DNA of 64,000 nt from an uncultured Lachnospiraceae bacterium (GTDB lineage Bacteria; Bacillota; Clostridia; Lachnospirales; Lachnospiraceae), in assembly GCA_947382355.1 (NCBI GenBank), contig CANCYR010000003.1, positions 52,139 to 116,138 on the forward strand. Reading direction: 5' to 3'. The translations under genes were made by a program, and so were the position numbers. Positions 54,882-63,220 of the stretch are shown in pieces. The notes beneath the pieces were generated by a model that had not been told where the DNA came from, did not search any database, and worked only from the letters and a program-made list of their open reading frames with translations. Position 1 is the first letter of the stretch, and each line of letters opens with the position of its first letter.

Positions 54882-55610
54882 ATGATAAAAATTGCTTTAT
54901 GTGATGATGAAAAGAATATAGTATCTTATTTGGAGAAGCTGATAGAAGAACGGTATGGTGAGAGCTTTTCTGTTATCACTGCTGATAATACGGAGAATTT
55001 TATTGTCCGGTGGAAAGAATCACATGGTAATATGGTGGATATCCTTATTACAGATATTCAGTTTGAAACGGCGGATGGACAACAGAGCGGAATTATGGCG
55101 GCAAAAAAGCTACAGGAAGAGTTTCCCAAAACCCAGGTTATATTCATGACGGGACATTTGGAGTATGCTACGGAAATCTTTGAGGCAAGCCCCGCCTACT
55201 TTCTGTTAAAGCCTATAGAAAAGGAACATTTATATAAGGCTATTGATAAGTCCATAGTAAAATTGCAGAGCGAAAGAAAAAAATCCGTACAGATCGAACT
55301 GAAGGGAACTATAGAAAAAATACTGGTAAATGAGATTTTATATATAGAAAATAAAGGCAGGAATCTTCTTGTACATATGAAGGAAACGGATAAAAGCTTC
55401 CATATGAAAATTGGAAAGATGGAAGCAAGGCTGCCATCTTATTTTCTAAGGTCCCATCAAAGTTATCTGGTTAACATGGATTATATAAGAGAATTTAACA
55501 GAAAAGAGTTGATTTTGCAAAATAACGTCAAAATCCCAATCAGCAGAACGAAATATCCGGTGGCAAAAGAAAAAATACTGTTTCATTTTAACGAGCAATC
55601 AGAAAGCTGA
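54882..55610 (+). CDS. LytR/AlgR-family response regulator (REC + LytTR DNA-binding domain), no cognate kinase in the window
   Basis: REC motifs: CDDE, ILITDIQ, FMTGH, LLKPI. LytTR segment: ILYIENKGRNLLVHMKETDKSFHMKIGKMEARLPSYFLRSHQSYLVNMDYI. Confidence 0.88.
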   Translation: MIKIALCDDEKNIVSYLEKLIEERYGESFSVITADNTENFIVRWKESHGNMVDILITDIQFETADGQQSGIMAAKKLQEEFPKTQVIFMTGHLEYATEIFEASPAYFLLKPIEKEHLYKAIDKSIVKLQSERKKSVQIELKGTIEKILVNEILYIENKGRNLLVHMKETDKSFHMKIGKMEARLPSYFLRSHQSYLVNMDYIREFNRKELILQNNVKIPISRTKYPVAKEKILFHFNEQSES

Positions 55611-55657
55611 CAACTTAAGGATAAAATAAGATAATATAATATAATGGAAATTCAGCA

Positions 55658-55695
55658 GGACGGAGCATATTGAATCATTCTATATGCTTCGTCCT
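55658..55695. terminator. Bidirectional terminator hairpin
   Basis: GGACGGAGCATAT-N12-ATATGCTTCGTCC forms a 13-bp stem with one G-U pair. Confidence 0.7.
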
Positions 55696-55707
55696 ATTTA
55701 GAAAGTC

Positions 55708-56082
55708 TTAACTAAGCATTCCGCCTAACATCCCGCTGCCTACGCATAAAAAAAGCGTAGACAGGAAATTTCCCGAGAAATCATTGATTCCATGATTGAT
55801 TATCAGGGAAATCAAAGTAAGAATCAAAAAATATCCTGCACCCAAAAACAGCCCCCACAGGTATTTTTTTGTCCCTGTCTTTTTTCCGGCAAGAAAGCCT
55901 GTAAGAAAGGTCGCTGCTACGTAAATAACAACAATCCCTATGTTAATAATTGTTTCACTTAAACGGAACTTATATAAAAGCATGGATAAGATTAACAAAA
56001 AAACTGCAGTTATAATATAGGAGAAAGCCAGCAATTTTAACAGAAACAGTACATCGACCCTTTTTTTTATGCTTTGTTCCAT
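55708..56082 (-). CDS. Small 4-TM membrane protein (124 aa), unknown function
   Basis: SD GGAGGTATCT upstream. Four hydrophobic helices. It may belong to the TIGR04086-like family, but I cannot verify that. Confidence 0.6.
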   Translation of the reverse strand: MEQSIKKRVDVLFLLKLLAFSYIITAVFLLILSMLLYKFRLSETIINIGIVVIYVAATFLTGFLAGKKTGTKKYLWGLFLGAGYFLILTLISLIINHGINDFSGNFLSTLFLCVGSGMLGGMLS

Positions 56083-56184
56083 AGATACCTCCTTGTAATT
56101 TTTATCATTTTATATTACTATTTATATTAGTGTAAGTTTGAAATTAGACTTGCAAATATGAACATATAAAGGAGTGGTTATACT

Positions 56185-57513
56185 TTGGATACCTCTGGTG
56201 TCATACAACTTGTTATTTTAGCAGTGCTTATTTTGCTGTCTTCTTTTTTCTCATCAGCAGAAAATTCATTGACGACAGTAAACAGGATTCGGATTAAAAC
56301 ATTGGTGGATGATGGCAATCGTTCGGCTATGATTTTGGAGAAAGTTCTGGAAAGACCGGCCAAGATGCTAAGCGCTATATTGATTGGCAACAATGTGGTG
56401 AATATTTCAGCAACATCCCTTGCAACGGCTCTGACCATACGGCTTTTGGGGGAAACCTGGGTAGGACTTGCTACCGGAGCTTTGACAATCATTGTTTTGC
56501 TTTTTGGTGAGATTATCCCGAAAACATGGGCAATTAATAATGCAGAAAAAATAGCTCTTGTTTACTGCTATCCGATTTATGGACTTATGTGGGTGCTGAC
56601 TCCGGTTATTTTTCTGGTAGATAAACTGGTAAATGCCTTTTTATGGCTGTTTCATGTGGACCCCAATAAGAAATCCTCTTACATGACAGAAAGTGAACTG
56701 AAGACTTACGTGGATGTCAGTCATGAGGATGGAGTCATCGAATCGGAAGAAAGAGAAATGATTCTGAATGTATTCGATTTTGGAGATTCCTGTGCAAAGG
56801 ATATTATGATTCCACGTATCGATATGACTATGATAGATGTAGAAGCCTCTTACAGAGAGCTTCAAAATGTATTTAAGGAAAGCATGTACTCCCGCATTCC
56901 CGTTTATGAAAATGACACGGATAACATTATCGGTATTGTTACCTTAAAGGATTTCTTTCTGGCTGCAAAGAAAACGGATTTTTCCATAAGGGATATTTTA
57001 AGAGAAACCTATTATACCTATGAATACAAGAAAACAAACGATTTGTTAATGGAAATGAGGGAAGGAGCCATTAATATTGCCATTGTGTTAGATGAGTATG
57101 GCGCTTCTGTAGGCTTGATTACCATGGAAGACCTTTTGGAAGAAATCGTAGGCGAAATCCGGGATGAATATGATGAAGAGGAAAAAGAGCTGATTAAGGA
57201 GCTTGAGCCCCATAAATATCTGGTGGAAGGTTCCATGAAGCTGGATGATATCAATGATGCCCTGCTTACCACTCTGGATTCGGAAAATTACGATTCTATC
57301 GGCGGTATTTTAATTGAAACATTAGACAGACTTCCGAATAATGGGGAAGAAATAAAGCTTCCTGACGGAACAAAGCTGGCTGCAACAATAGTAAATAAAA
57401 ACCGGATTGAAAAGGTGACTTTAACCCTTCCTGAACCGGAGAAGGAAAAAGAAGCCTCTGACAAGGCAGCCGCTTTGGCGGGGAAAAGTGCGGAAGCTTC
57501 TGAGGAAGCATAA
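56185..57513 (+). CDS. CNNM/TlyC-family hemolysin-like transporter (DUF21 TM domain + CBS pair + CorC_HlyC)
   Basis: TTG start 6 nt after AAAGGAGTGG. DUF21 N-terminus (LSSFFSSAENSL), CBS pair (IMIPRIDM..., IGIVTLKDF) and CorC_HlyC tail (GGILIETLDRLPNNGEEI). Confidence 0.88.
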   Translation: MDTSGVIQLVILAVLILLSSFFSSAENSLTTVNRIRIKTLVDDGNRSAMILEKVLERPAKMLSAILIGNNVVNISATSLATALTIRLLGETWVGLATGALTIIVLLFGEIIPKTWAINNAEKIALVYCYPIYGLMWVLTPVIFLVDKLVNAFLWLFHVDPNKKSSYMTESELKTYVDVSHEDGVIESEEREMILNVFDFGDSCAKDIMIPRIDMTMIDVEASYRELQNVFKESMYSRIPVYENDTDNIIGIVTLKDFFLAAKKTDFSIRDILRETYYTYEYKKTNDLLMEMREGAINIAIVLDEYGASVGLITMEDLLEEIVGEIRDEYDEEEKELIKELEPHKYLVEGSMKLDDINDALLTTLDSENYDSIGGILIETLDRLPNNGEEIKLPDGTKLAATIVNKNRIEKVTLTLPEPEKEKEASDKAAALAGKSAEASEEA

Positions 57514-57550
57514 AAGGAAATCAGAAGGTCAAAAAGTTTTGCAAAAAACC

Positions 57551-57579
57551 TTTAAAACCGTAAAAAAGTATGTTATAAT
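57551..57579 (+). promoter_or_regulatory. Sigma-A type promoter of the SCIFF operon
   Basis: TTTAAA, a 17-nt spacer, then TG-T-TATAAT (extended -10, 57571-57579). Confidence 0.5.
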
Positions 57580-57652
57580 GTGGAATGCAATTGTCAAAAA
57601 GACATAAAAGCAGGAATATTTGAAAACTTTATACATAGAAGGAGGCCTGATT

Positions 57653-57796
57653 ATGAAACACATTAAAACATTAAGCACAAGGGATTTTAAGGAATCCATG
57701 AAAAAAGGCGGCTGCGGAGAATGCCAGACATCCTGCCAGTCAGCCTGCAAGACATCCTGTACCGTAGGCAATCAGAGTTGCGAAAAAGTAAAATAG
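57653..57796 (+). CDS. scfA: SCIFF (six-cysteines-in-forty-five) ranthipeptide precursor, 47 aa. Absent from the ORF track because it is shorter than 60 aa.
   Basis: My own translation is MKHIKTLSTRDFKESMKKGGCGECQTSCQSACKTSCTVGNQSCEKVK. SD GGAGG lies 7 nt upstream. The peptide has the hallmark GGCGECQTSCQSACKTSC block with 6 Cys and sits directly upstream of a radical-SAM/SPASM enzyme. Confidence 0.9.
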   Translation: MKHIKTLSTRDFKESMKKGGCGECQTSCQSACKTSCTVGNQSCEKVK

Positions 57797-57807
57797 TGAT
57801 GTTTCTT

Positions 57808-57836
57808 AAGCAGCGATACTTATCGCTGCTTATTAT
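57808..57836 (+). terminator. Intercistronic hairpin (attenuator) between scfA and scfB
   Basis: AAGCAGCGA-TACTTA-TCGCTGCTT forms a 9-bp stem followed by ATTAT. Confidence 0.5.
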
Positions 57837-57841
57837 ACGTT

Positions 57842-59269
57842 ATGTGGGAAGAAAGGAATGGATTCGTGGTACATTGTTATGAAAACAACGGCTTTTACAT
57901 TGCACTTGACGTAAACAGCGGCGCCGTGCATGTAGTGGACAGGGTTGTGTATGAGATAATACCACTTCTGGAACAGGATGTAAAAGCAGGGAAAACGAAG
58001 GATGAATTATTTGGGATTTTAAAGGAGCAGGGGGCTCTTGCAGCCGGCGCTGCAGAGGCAGAAGGGATAACGGAAGAGGAAACGAAGGAAGCAATCGGGG
58101 AAATCCTTGCCCTGTATGAAAGCGGGATGCTATATACAGAAGATATTTATAAATCGTATATAGGTGATTTTAAGAAACGGGAAACCGTTGTAAAGGCGCT
58201 TTGCCTGCATATTGCCCATGACTGCAATCTTGCCTGTAGGTATTGTTTTGCAGAAGAAGGGGAATACCATGGAAGACGGGCGCTTATGAGCTTTGAAGTA
58301 GGAAAAAAGGCATTGGATTTTCTGGTGGCTAATTCCGGAAACCGGGTGAATCTGGAGGTGGACTTCTTTGGAGGGGAGCCTCTTATGAACTGGCAGGTAG
58401 TAAAGGACCTGGTTGCCTATGGCAGAAGCTTAGAGGAGCCCAATCATAAAAAGTTCCGATTTACACTTACTACAAACGGTGTCCTGCTGGATGATGAGGT
58501 ATTAGAATTTGCCAATAAAGAAATGGCAAATATTGTCCTGAGCATTGACGGGCGGAAGGAAATCCATGACTATATGCGCCCCTTTCGGGGAGGGCAGGGC
58601 AGCTATGACCGTATTGTCCCCAAGTTTCAAAAGGTAGCGGAAAGCAGGAACCAGATGAACTATTATGTGAGGGGGACCTTTACCCGTCACAATCTGGACT
58701 TTTCAAAGGATGTGCTCCATCTGGCGGATTTAGGATTTAAACAGATTTCCGTGGAGCCGGTAGTGGCGGAGGAAACAGAAGAATATGCCATCCAAAAAGA
58801 GGACATCCCCCTTATATTAGAAGAATATGACAAGCTTGCCCGTGCCTTGTTAGAAAGAAAGAAAGCGGGAAAGGGAGTGAACTTTTTCCACTTCATGATT
58901 GATTTGGAAGGCGGTCCCTGTGTGGCAAAAAGGCTTTCCGGCTGCGGCTCCGGAACAGAATATCTGGCAGTGACTCCCTGGGGGGATTTTTATCCCTGCC
59001 ACCAGTTCGTGGGGAAGGAGCAGTTCCTTATGGGAAATGTGGAGGAGGGAATTACCAATACTGCCATTCGGGATGAATTTAAAGGCTGTAATGTGTATGC
59101 AAAGGAAAAATGTAAGGACTGTTTTGCCAGATTTTACTGCAGCGGCGGCTGTGCGGCAAATTCCTACAATTTCCATGGCAATATAAATGATGCTTATGAC
59201 ATAGGTTGTGAGCTTCAAAGAAAGCGCATTGAATGTGCAATAATGATAAAAGCGGCTTTGGCTGAGTGA
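57842..59269 (+). CDS. scfB: SCIFF radical SAM maturase (thioether-forming, SPASM domain)
   Basis: Radical-SAM cluster CNLACRYC. The C-terminal SPASM Cys motifs are CGSG...PC... and CKDCFARFYCSGGC. At 475 aa, it lies immediately downstream of SCIFF. Confidence 0.9.
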   Translation: MWEERNGFVVHCYENNGFYIALDVNSGAVHVVDRVVYEIIPLLEQDVKAGKTKDELFGILKEQGALAAGAAEAEGITEEETKEAIGEILALYESGMLYTEDIYKSYIGDFKKRETVVKALCLHIAHDCNLACRYCFAEEGEYHGRRALMSFEVGKKALDFLVANSGNRVNLEVDFFGGEPLMNWQVVKDLVAYGRSLEEPNHKKFRFTLTTNGVLLDDEVLEFANKEMANIVLSIDGRKEIHDYMRPFRGGQGSYDRIVPKFQKVAESRNQMNYYVRGTFTRHNLDFSKDVLHLADLGFKQISVEPVVAEETEEYAIQKEDIPLILEEYDKLARALLERKKAGKGVNFFHFMIDLEGGPCVAKRLSGCGSGTEYLAVTPWGDFYPCHQFVGKEQFLMGNVEEGITNTAIRDEFKGCNVYAKEKCKDCFARFYCSGGCAANSYNFHGNINDAYDIGCELQRKRIECAIMIKAALAE

Positions 59270-59285
59270 GAGGAGAAGTTTTAAC

Positions 59286-61562
59286 ATGAAGAAAAGTAGA
59301 GCAGCATTGGTACTGGTTGCAACAATACTTGTTATGGGACTTTTAGCATATACTTCCATCATTGGATTTGGTCCCACGAAAACAGGTTCTGCCGCAAATA
59401 TCAAGCAGGGGCTTGATTTGGCAGGCGGTGTCAGTATCACATATGAGGTAGTCGGTGAAGGGGACGTAGATGAAGAGGATATGAAGGATACCCTTTATAA
59501 GCTTCAAAAGCGTGTGGAAAAGTACAGCACTGAGGCACAGGTATATCAGGAAGGAAGTAAGCGTATCAACATTGAAATTCCCGGCGTATCGGATGCCAAT
59601 GCGATTTTAGAAGAATTGGGACAGCCCGGTTCCCTGTACTTCATTGCCCAGACCGGAAGTGATGGAAGCAATAACTATGGCTATGGCATAGATGAAAACG
59701 GCACTGTGTTGACAGATGAGGACGGCGCTCCGGTTTATGTTTTGAATAAGAGCATTGCTGAAATAGAAGCGGACGGCGGCATCGTACTGACCGGAACGGA
59801 TGTAAAAAATGCCGAGGCCGGCCAGATTGCCGATGAAATGAAAAATAATGAAATTGCAGTACAGCTTACACTCACAGGCGAAGGAACAAAGAAATTTGCA
59901 GATGCTACCACAAAGGCATATCAGAGTGGAGAAAGCATTGGTATTTACTATGACGGCGCCTTTGTCAGCGTTCCGAATGTAAATACTCCTATTCCAAACG
60001 GCGAGGCAAGCATTACCGGTATGAAGGATTTTGAGGAAGCGGAAAGACTGGCTTCCACCATCCGTATCGGCGGTTTGAAGTTAGAGCTTAAGGAGCTTCG
60101 TTCCAACGTGGTAGGCGCACAGTTAGGGGAAGAAGCCCTTAAGACAAGTCTTCTTGCAGGAGTTGTTGGACTTGTAATCGTTATGGTTTTCATGACGGTG
60201 GTTTACCTGCTTCCGGGCTTTGTATCTGCCATTGCACTTTTAATATATACAGGAATGACTCTGGTAGCATTAAATGCGTTTGATATTACTTTAACCCTTC
60301 CGGGTATTGCAGGTATTATCTTATCCATTGGTATGGCAGTGGATGCCAACGTTATTATCTTTGCCCGTGTCAAGGAAGAGTTAGGAACCGGCAAGACCGT
60401 AAACTCTGCCATTAAGATTGGTTTCCAGAAGGCATTTTCCGCTATTGTAGACGGAAATATCACCACTCTGATTGCGGCGCTGGTGCTTGGAGTCAAAGGC
60501 TCCGGTACAGTAAAGGGATTTGCCCAGACTTTGGGACTTGGTATTGTATTATCCATGTTTACCGCTCTGGTAGTAACAAGACTGCTTATCAATGCCCTTT
60601 ATGCTCTTGGGCTTAAAAGTGAAAAGCTTTATGGAAGCATTAAAGAAAGAAAATCCATTGACTTCCTTTCCAAAAAGGCAGTTTTTATAGGCATATCCCT
60701 TGTTGTGATTGTTATTGGCCTTGTATTTATGGGTATTAATAAAGTAAATACGGGAGATATGCTTAATTACAGTCTGGAGTTTAAGGGCGGTACATCAACC
60801 AATGTTACCTTTAACGAGGATTTATCCATTGCAGATATTGATTCTAAGGTAGTGCCGGTAGTAGAAGGGATTACCGGGGACGGAAATGTGCAGACCCAGA
60901 AAGTAACAGGCACAAATGAAGTAATTATTAAGACAAGAACATTATCCCGAGAGGAGAGGGAAGCATTTAATCAGGCAATGGTAGATAATTTTGCCGTGGA
61001 AGCTGAAAAGATTACTGCCGAAACCATCAGTGCGGCAGTCAGCGATGAAATGAAGATGGATGCCATAGTGGCAGTTATTATTGCCACCATCTGTATGCTG
61101 ATTTATATATGGTTCCGTTTCAGCGACATTCGTTTTGCAGCCAGTGCGGTACTGGCATTGTGCCATGACGTATTAGTGGTACTGGCATTTTATGCGGTTG
61201 CAAAGATTTCCGTGGGAAATACCTTTATCGCATGTATGCTCACCATTGTAGGTTACTCCATCAACGCCACCATTGTTATCTTTGACAGAATCAGAGAGCA
61301 TCTGGCAGGCGGCAAAGGAAAAGGAGATTTAAAGGAAGTGGTAAACGGCAGCATTACCCAGACATTGACAAGAAGTATTTATACTTCCCTTACCACATTC
61401 GTTATGGTTGCAGCTCTGTATGTATTTGGCGTGACCAGCATCCGTGAATTTGCCCTTCCGCTTATGGCAGGTATTATCTGCGGTGCATATTCTTCTGTGT
61501 GCATTACAGGCGCCCTTTGGTATATTATGAAGACGAAGTTTGTAAAGTCAGGTAAGAAATAA
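59286..61562 (+). CDS. secDF: Protein translocase subunit SecDF (fused)
   Basis: 758 aa. SecD segments are GLDLAGGVSITYEV and LGEEALKTSLLAGVVGL. SecF segments are GGTSTNVTF and RSIYTSLTTF. The protein has 12 TM helices. Confidence 0.92.
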   Translation: MKKSRAALVLVATILVMGLLAYTSIIGFGPTKTGSAANIKQGLDLAGGVSITYEVVGEGDVDEEDMKDTLYKLQKRVEKYSTEAQVYQEGSKRINIEIPGVSDANAILEELGQPGSLYFIAQTGSDGSNNYGYGIDENGTVLTDEDGAPVYVLNKSIAEIEADGGIVLTGTDVKNAEAGQIADEMKNNEIAVQLTLTGEGTKKFADATTKAYQSGESIGIYYDGAFVSVPNVNTPIPNGEASITGMKDFEEAERLASTIRIGGLKLELKELRSNVVGAQLGEEALKTSLLAGVVGLVIVMVFMTVVYLLPGFVSAIALLIYTGMTLVALNAFDITLTLPGIAGIILSIGMAVDANVIIFARVKEELGTGKTVNSAIKIGFQKAFSAIVDGNITTLIAALVLGVKGSGTVKGFAQTLGLGIVLSMFTALVVTRLLINALYALGLKSEKLYGSIKERKSIDFLSKKAVFIGISLVVIVIGLVFMGINKVNTGDMLNYSLEFKGGTSTNVTFNEDLSIADIDSKVVPVVEGITGDGNVQTQKVTGTNEVIIKTRTLSREEREAFNQAMVDNFAVEAEKITAETISAAVSDEMKMDAIVAVIIATICMLIYIWFRFSDIRFAASAVLALCHDVLVVLAFYAVAKISVGNTFIACMLTIVGYSINATIVIFDRIREHLAGGKGKGDLKEVVNGSITQTLTRSIYTSLTTFVMVAALYVFGVTSIREFALPLMAGIICGAYSSVCITGALWYIMKTKFVKSGKK

Positions 61563-61629
61563 GAAACCGATAAAGAATAAAAAAGAAAAGGCATTATGCT
61601 GATGCTGCAGGATGCCTCAGGTTATGGAC

Positions 61630-61668
61630 AAAATGGCTTTGGGATTTGTATCCCGGAGCCATTTTTTA
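61630..61668 (+). terminator. secDF rho-independent terminator
   Basis: AAAATGGCTTTGGGAT-TTGT-ATCCCGGAGCCATTTT forms a 16-bp stem with two G-U pairs, followed by TT. Confidence 0.85.
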
Positions 61669-61922
61669 TCAGACCAATTGCGCCCGAAAGAGAAATCTGT
61701 AATACTTTCCACACTTCATTATTCGGGTGTACCCATCCCAAAAGCAGACCGGATGATTATATAAGAAAAGATATTTCAGGAACTTTCTTAAGGTTAACCT
61801 GCAGTTAAAAAATTTCGCGGGAAGTTAACAACCCGTCAATTGTCCGAACCCACATCTGGTGGTATTATCAAGACAACAAGAGCTTTTGTATGATTGAAAC
61901 GTAAAATAAAGGAGTGGATAAT

Positions 61923-62990
61923 ATGCCAATGCATTTGGTGATTCAGAAAAAAAGAAAAGAGCTGGGACTTACTCAGGAACAGGTGGCTGACTACCTGAAC
62001 GTGTCCATACCGGCTGTCAGCAAATGGGAGAACGGCTCTACAAGCCCGGATATTTCCTTATTGCCGCCGTTAGCCCGTTTGCTGAAAATTGATTTAAATA
62101 CATTGCTTTGCTTTCAGGAAGATTTGACCCGGCAGGAAATAAGCTGTTTTTGCCGGGAAATTACAACGCTTGTCCGGGAAAAAGGAATTGCGGAAGGATT
62201 TAAAAGTGCAAAAGAAAAAATTCATGAATATCCTTATAATGAAACCTTGCTTCATTGCCTTACCTTTCATCTTGACGGTCTGCTTGTCATGTCTGCTTTA
62301 TCCCATGAGGAAATGACTCAGTATGAGGAAATTCTTGTAAAATGGTATGGACAGCTTGCCGAAAGCACTGACAGCAGGATTAGCAACAGCGCAAACTATA
62401 TGATGGTAAGCAGGGCAATTCGTAAAGGCGATTATGATAAGGCACAGGAAATTCTGGATTTGATGCCGGACAAAGAAGATATGATAAGCAGCATAGCAGA
62501 TAAAAGAATACTGCAGGTGAACATCCATATGTACCGGGGCAGGACGGAAGAAGCAGCCAAAGACCTGCAGAATCTACTGCTTATGGAGCTTAATAAGGTG
62601 CAGATGCTGCTTTACAAAATGGTGGATGTGGAATTAGCGGCTGATAACATACAGGCCGCAAAAGGCATTGCGGACAAGGCTGCAAAAATGCCGGAGCTTT
62701 TCGACCTATGGGAATATAATTCATATGTAGCCCCCCTGCAAATTGCCGGCGCAGAGGAAAATACAGACGAATGCCTCCGCATTTTGGAACAAATGCTGGA
62801 AACAATGCTTACACCATGGGATATGGGCAGTTCACTGCTGTTTTACCGTATTGCAAAGAATTCCGACCCAAAACAAATGTTATCCGCAATTCTGTCCGAA
62901 ATGGAAAGAGACTCCGCATATGACTTTCTAAAAGGCTCCGCTAAATTCAAAGAGCTGATTTATAAGTACAAATCATTCATAGAAAAATAA
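61923..62990 (+). CDS. XRE-family HTH transcriptional regulator with a ~290-aa helical (TPR-like) C-terminal domain
   Basis: HTH_3 segment KKRKELGLTQEQVADYLNVSIPAVSKWENGSTSPDISLLPPLARLLKIDLNTLL. Start is ATG 61923, 8 nt after GGAG. Confidence 0.8.
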   Translation: MPMHLVIQKKRKELGLTQEQVADYLNVSIPAVSKWENGSTSPDISLLPPLARLLKIDLNTLLCFQEDLTRQEISCFCREITTLVREKGIAEGFKSAKEKIHEYPYNETLLHCLTFHLDGLLVMSALSHEEMTQYEEILVKWYGQLAESTDSRISNSANYMMVSRAIRKGDYDKAQEILDLMPDKEDMISSIADKRILQVNIHMYRGRTEEAAKDLQNLLLMELNKVQMLLYKMVDVELAADNIQAAKGIADKAAKMPELFDLWEYNSYVAPLQIAGAEENTDECLRILEQMLETMLTPWDMGSSLLFYRIAKNSDPKQMLSAILSEMERDSAYDFLKGSAKFKELIYKYKSFIEK

Positions 62991-63106
62991 AAGTCTGTTC
63001 TGCCAATTCTCTTTAACCCTATATGAAAAAATTCCCTAAAATCTTATGTCTTTTTTAAGATTTCCCACACCCATTGAAAAATTTGCTGGAATTTGTCAAA
63101 ATAAAT

Positions 63107-63172
63107 GTAGCAATTCAGCCCTCAGATTCCCGTTCCGTTGTCTGTCTGGAAAGCTGAGGGCTGAATTGTTAA
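63107..63172. repeat. Minimal palindromic element E (66 bp) carrying only the terminal inverted repeats of the C/D family
   Basis: GTAGCAATTCAGCCCTCAG ... CTGAGGGCTGAATTGTTAA. The termini match GTAGCAGTTCAGCCCTCAG of element C. Confidence 0.8.
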
Positions 63173-63220
63173 AAAAAATTCGCAGGAATTAAAATACCGG
63201 ATCAGGGATGAAAAAACCAT

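Noticed and set aside
61596-61808. 70-aa ORF downstream of secDF
   Set aside because: It has no SD, it overlaps the strong secDF terminator hairpin (61630-61668), and the composition is unremarkable. I treat it as non-coding leader or promoter DNA of the XRE regulator gene.
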